Source: Halodesulfurarchaeum sp.
GTDB lineage: Archaea > Halobacteriota > Halobacteria > Halobacteriales > Halobacteriaceae
Reading direction: 5' to 3'
Length of the DNA: 64,000 nucleotides
Assembly: GCA_034520565.1 (NCBI GenBank)
Contig: JAXHNL010000002.1
Coordinates: 1,632,001-1,696,000 of the forward strand
Shown here: in pieces, positions 59,923 to 64,000 of the stretch
Layout: every line of letters starts with the position of its first letter
How positions within the stretch are numbered: the stretch's first letter is position 1
Notes under the pieces: generated by a model
Seen by the model: only the letters and a program-made list of their open reading frames with translations
Databases searched by the model: none
What the model was told of the DNA's origin: nothing
Made by a program: the position numbers and the translations under genes

Positions 59923-62714
59923 TCGCCGTCGTCCTCCGACGGTTCGTCCTGGGCCGCTTCAGCGTCCTCGCCCCGACTCACGGACGCACTCGTTTCGATG
60001 GTTTCCTCGGAACCGGATCCCGTCGATTCGGTACCCCCCTCCGTGGGCGTTGATTCCGTCGATTCGGTCTCGACTTTCGCCGTCTCGAATGGGGTTTCCT
60101 CGAGACCCGTCTGCTCGTCGGGCACCGAGAATCCGTCTTCGGCGACCTCGTTTGCGGACTCGGACACCGTCATTTCGGGCAGCAGATCGGCGAGATCGGT
60201 CGCGTCTACGCCCCGATAGTCGGGAAACAGGTCCGAATCAGCTTCTCGGAGGATCGCTGCCGTCGTGTCGAGGATGTCCTCGTCGGGATCCGGTCGTGGC
60301 ACCATTTCCTCGGTTTCCGGGTCGACGTCGATCAACACGCTCTCCATCTCCCGGAGGTCGTCGAGTGCAGCCTCGAGTTCCCCGTTTGCGAGCAGCGCCA
60401 ACAGGGTCTCCGGATCGTTGATGTAGGCCTGGATCGTCGCGGCAACCTCCGTGTAGGTATCGAGTCCGTGTTCGATGAGATACGCCAGGATGACCCGGCG
60501 CTGGAATAGTTGCTCCTGCAGTTCGCCCTCGGACCACCCCCGGTCGAACTTGATTTCATCGAGGGTCGTGGACTCGGCCGTGCTCCGGTAGGTGTCCGTT
60601 TCGGGGCGCCACTGGAACACGTCATTGACATTTATCTCGTCGTTTTCGGCGTCATACCGCCTGATCTCCGTGATGTTCCGGCTCCGGCGAACCTTCTTCC
60701 CGCGGACCCGCGTGGAGGCCTGAATCGAAACGAGATCGAGGGCGGTGAAAAGCGTCTTCGAGACGTTGATCGGGTCGGTGGTGAAGCGCTTGATGACCTC
60801 GCTCACGTTGTCCGCGTGGAAGGTGGTGTAGGTGGTATGGCCCGTCGACATGACCTGAAAGAGGGTCCGTCCCTCTTCTCCGCGAACCTCGCCCATGATG
60901 ATGTAGTCGGGTCGCTGCCGAAGCGCAGCCTCCAGCAGGTCGAACTCGTCGATATCGCCGGCCTCGTCCTGTCCGAAAGAGGGTCTGGTGACCGAAGCGA
61001 TCCAGTTGCGCTGTGGCAACTCGACTTCCCGAGTGTCCTCGATCGAGACGATCTTGGCGTTGCTCGGAATGAACAGGGAAACCGCGTTCAGGCTCGTGGT
61101 TTTTCCCGAAGCAGTGCCTCCTGCGAAGAGCAGGGATTTCTTGTTCTCGATGCAGAGCCAGAGAAACGCCATCTCCTCGAGTGAAAAGGTCTTCCAGTTG
61201 ATCAAATCAACCGGCGTGAACGGGACGTCCTTGAACTGCCGGATCGTGTAGTTCGTTCCGTGATCCGAGACCTCCGTCCCGAGGGTCAATTGGGCCCGAG
61301 AGCCGTCAGGCAGCGTGGCGTCGACCTGTGGCTGGCGTTTGCTAATACCCTTCCCCGAACGTTGGGCGAGTTTGACGACGAAATCGTCGAGTTGCTCGGT
61401 TCCATGTCGGACGTTCGTGATGAGTTGCTCGTAGTCGGTGTGGTAGACGAAAACGGGGCTCTCGTAGCCGTCACACGAGATGTCCTCGACGTTGATGTCG
61501 TGTTTGATGCCGTCGATCCGTTCGTAGCCGGTGAAATCGCGGGTGAGCAGGTAGTGCAGCTTTTCGACCTGGTACTCGTTCAGTTTCGGTTCGTCTTCGG
61601 CCAGAATCGCCGACTCGGGACGGGCCGAAATCCCTTCGAGACCGCCCGATTTCTGACCCGATCCCGTGCCCGTTAGCCCCAGACGTCGGCCGATCCGGCC
61701 GAGCCAGCCGTCCCGGTCGGCGCGGTCGAACCACGCTTCGAGACTCGATTGGAGTCCGTTCCCCGTCGAGGCATCGTAGAGATCGTATCGGTTCAACAGC
61801 CGGTCGGTCTCTCGTTCGATGACTGCTTTTCGTTCCGCGTCGGAGCCACCGATGGTGACCCCTTCCTCGGCGTACTTAATCGCCGTCCGGAGTTTCTCCG
61901 TCAAAAACGCCTGCAAGTCGGCTTCGATCGCGGTCCGGTAGGGTTCGATCAGGTAGTACTTCTTCTCGTTTTCCTTCCGGGAGTGAAAGATGACGACGAA
62001 GGCAGACGGCTTGTTGACCCAGTAGCGCTCCTCCTCACGGAAGTGGGTCTTTTTCTCCATCGGAACGGCCCGCTCGAGATCGTAGCGATTCGTCAGCGTC
62101 GTCGCCCCCTCGCGGGTGGAGAAAAACGCGTCCTCGTCGAGGTCCGGTTGCACGTCGACGGTCCGTTCGTCCACGAGTGCATCGAGCTCCGCGGCCATCG
62201 ACTCGCCGTGACTCAGGGCCCCCTCCATCTGCTCGGGGTCGAACCCGAGGTGTGTTGCTTTGTCGAAGGGTTCGACGGCTCCCGAATCGTCTCGCGGGGG
62301 CTCACCCGTCTCGTCGTAATAGTATTCCCACTTGAAATGGGTCCACGTGTAGTGGTCTTTCCGGACGGGAACGCTACCTGCCTGCAGATCCGCGACGGCA
62401 GAGTCGAGATTGCTCGCCGCTTTGACCGCTCTCGCGAGGGTCCGGCGAAACCGATCCATCTCGACCGCGAATTCGGAATCCGACGGCTCCCAATGGGGGT
62501 TTTGGCTCACAGTCGAACCAGTCCGCGAATCCTCGTTCCCCCCGATTGTTTCCAATTCGTCCCCATCTCCCCTTTTCGAGTCGTCTCCATCCACTGTTTT
62601 CAGTCCATCGCCATCCGCCAGGGATGTCCCGTCCTCCCCCGCTCCGCCGGCGGCGTCCCTGTCAGTCGACAGGGTGTCGAGTTCCCCCTCCCCGTCGACC
62701 TCGTCGGTTCCCAT
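59919..62714 (-). CDS. pilB: type IV pilus assembly ATPase
   Basis: GGTASGKTT, SIEDTRE, LRQRPDYIIMGEVRG, TGH...TFHA. Confidence 0.94.
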   Translation of the reverse strand: MGTDEVDGEGELDTLSTDRDAAGGAGEDGTSLADGDGLKTVDGDDSKRGDGDELETIGGNEDSRTGSTVSQNPHWEPSDSEFAVEMDRFRRTLARAVKAASNLDSAVADLQAGSVPVRKDHYTWTHFKWEYYYDETGEPPRDDSGAVEPFDKATHLGFDPEQMEGALSHGESMAAELDALVDERTVDVQPDLDEDAFFSTREGATTLTNRYDLERAVPMEKKTHFREEERYWVNKPSAFVVIFHSRKENEKKYYLIEPYRTAIEADLQAFLTEKLRTAIKYAEEGVTIGGSDAERKAVIERETDRLLNRYDLYDASTGNGLQSSLEAWFDRADRDGWLGRIGRRLGLTGTGSGQKSGGLEGISARPESAILAEDEPKLNEYQVEKLHYLLTRDFTGYERIDGIKHDINVEDISCDGYESPVFVYHTDYEQLITNVRHGTEQLDDFVVKLAQRSGKGISKRQPQVDATLPDGSRAQLTLGTEVSDHGTNYTIRQFKDVPFTPVDLINWKTFSLEEMAFLWLCIENKKSLLFAGGTASGKTTSLNAVSLFIPSNAKIVSIEDTREVELPQRNWIASVTRPSFGQDEAGDIDEFDLLEAALRQRPDYIIMGEVRGEEGRTLFQVMSTGHTTYTTFHADNVSEVIKRFTTDPINVSKTLFTALDLVSIQASTRVRGKKVRRSRNITEIRRYDAENDEINVNDVFQWRPETDTYRSTAESTTLDEIKFDRGWSEGELQEQLFQRRVILAYLIEHGLDTYTEVAATIQAYINDPETLLALLANGELEAALDDLREMESVLIDVDPETEEMVPRPDPDEDILDTTAAILREADSDLFPDYRGVDATDLADLLPEMTVSESANEVAEDGFSVPDEQTGLEETPFETAKVETESTESTPTEGGTESTGSGSEETIETSASVSRGEDAEAAQDEPSEDDGE

Positions 62715-62760
62715 ACTGCTATCTTGTTTCGACCTCCGGGATAAAGTCTTGCGGGAGTTG

Positions 62761-63609
62761 TTATTCCACCGCAGTGTGGCGAAAGGTAACAAGCCGGTCG
62801 GTGATGGCCGATTCGAATCGGTCCGGGTCAGACAGCGCGAGATGTCCCACCTCGTCGAACCGTCGGCGGGCCAGTTCGAGTGATAGTTCGCGGGATTGCT
62901 CTTCGAGCGTCCACCCCTCGAGCGGACGGGCACCGTTCTCGAGAAGGTCCGCGACCGTTTCGGCCGTCAACTCCTGTGGGAGCCACGATTCGAACGCCTG
63001 TGGCGTTCCAGCCGGTTCGGGTGGCACTCTCGTGACGGACTCGAACTGGCGCTGTAGAACGGCCACCGACTGGCCTCGCTTCTTCCGCAGTTCGATCCCG
63101 GCAGCGGTCGTCGATCCGTACGTCGCTTCGGGAATGCGGTCACGATCGCCCGAAATATCGCGGGCGTGGACCTCCCGCTCCACCGTCGGAATCGGCCAGA
63201 GCCCGAGTTCCTCGTACACCCGGTCGGCCACGTCGACCGGCAGGACGGAATCCGCCGTCTCGTCCCAGACTTCGAGCCCGAAGACTGGCGGCATCGCGTC
63301 CCAGTCGTACTCGACGCCCATCGAGAGCGGTGCGAGCACGTAGAACGTGTACTGGGTGACGTCGTCCACGGCAGCGCGCAGTCCGTCTCGATCGAGGTTC
63401 TCCCTGACTGCATCGGTCGCCCGGCGGTACGGCCAGGGCTCCGGCGTTTCGAAATCCCCCTCCGGCCCGGCCATCACGAGCAAGCCCGATTCGTCCATCC
63501 GGACTGCGAACACCCCGCCGGTGACGAACTCCCGGATCCAGAAATGGCCGCCGTCGAGATACCCATCCGGTCGATCCGCGAACGGCTCGACTGGCCGGTA
63601 GTGCCACAT
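62761..63609 (-). CDS. RNA-ligase-fold protein with degenerate motif I
   Basis: GHFWIREFVTG where KxDG is expected, then VEYDW...PPVFGLEVWD; resembles haloarchaeal RNA ligase family proteins. Confidence 0.55.
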   Translation of the reverse strand: MWHYRPVEPFADRPDGYLDGGHFWIREFVTGGVFAVRMDESGLLVMAGPEGDFETPEPWPYRRATDAVRENLDRDGLRAAVDDVTQYTFYVLAPLSMGVEYDWDAMPPVFGLEVWDETADSVLPVDVADRVYEELGLWPIPTVEREVHARDISGDRDRIPEATYGSTTAAGIELRKKRGQSVAVLQRQFESVTRVPPEPAGTPQAFESWLPQELTAETVADLLENGARPLEGWTLEEQSRELSLELARRRFDEVGHLALSDPDRFESAITDRLVTFRHTAVE

Positions 63610-63800
63610 CGACCTGATTCACGCACGGGTGGCACAAAGCGGCACCGGTGTCCCGTGCCGGCGGGACTCAATCCTGGAAGCCGACCGGCACGAAGAATCG
63701 GCCTCCTCGCGAAAATGCGAACACTCCGGTCGGTACAATGGCGATTTGAGCATCTGATACAGTTTTAACCGTCCCGGCACAAGGAACGGTCAACAGTCAC

Positions 63801-64000
63801 ATGTCAAGTCCCCTCACCAAAATTCGGGCGGGCGACGCGACGGCCTCTACCCAACCTCGTGTCGTCGCCCTCGACGGTACCGGCGTCGACGAGGTCTTCG
63901 AAGCCCTGGCCTCGGAAACCCGTCGACATATGCTCGAGGAACTCTACGACGATCCCACGACCCCCTCGGAATTGGCCACGCTCACCGATACGTCACTCCA
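63801..64000 (+). CDS. ArsR/SmtB family transcription regulator (runs off the window end)
   Basis: VFEALASETRRHMLEELYDDPTTPSELATLTDTSL. Confidence 0.85.
   Translation, partial: MSSPLTKIRAGDATASTQPRVVALDGTGVDEVFEALASETRRHMLEELYDDPTTPSELATLTDTSL

Noticed and set aside
55681-62714. Pilus locus as a novel secretion system
   Set aside because: Matches the widespread haloarchaeal pilB-pilC plus pilin-like gene organisation
1-64000. CRISPR arrays, cas genes, intact transposases or integrases
   Set aside because: No regularly spaced repeats or recognisable motifs were found by eye

Overview
GC-rich haloarchaeal (Halobacteria) chromosome segment with acidic proteins. In order: a wHTH regulator; form III RuBisCO in the same orientation as fbp and fba; thiolase and DUF35; CBS-ParB, glyoxylate reductase, an aminotransferase paralog and a DHH protein; the haloarchaeal nuo operon (A,B,CD,H,I,J1,J2,K,L,M,N, no EFG); a divergent B12-binding radical SAM gene; purEK; a TIGR03663-like membrane protein; ribH, aspC and gdhA; glycosyltransferases; rnp4, yhbY and mscS; the SRP (7S) RNA; DGGGP synthase; and tRNA-Arg(TCG). 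An ~8 kb island follows, bounded by copies of the tRNA-Arg 3' end (37450-37476 and 45417-45443). It has no visible integrase, carries decayed CDF and P1B-ATPase exporters, and holds an intact operon of DtxR regulator, two-domain multicopper oxidase, ZIP transporter and cupredoxin. That operon is the best candidate here for an undescribed system. Next come a redox/stress cluster, tRNA-Thr(TGT) with a low-GC patch (SDR and an MCM-like remnant), and a type IV pilus locus. Five core genes carry single-base frameshifts that look like long-read assembly errors. All family assignments come from motif recognition; no database search was run.
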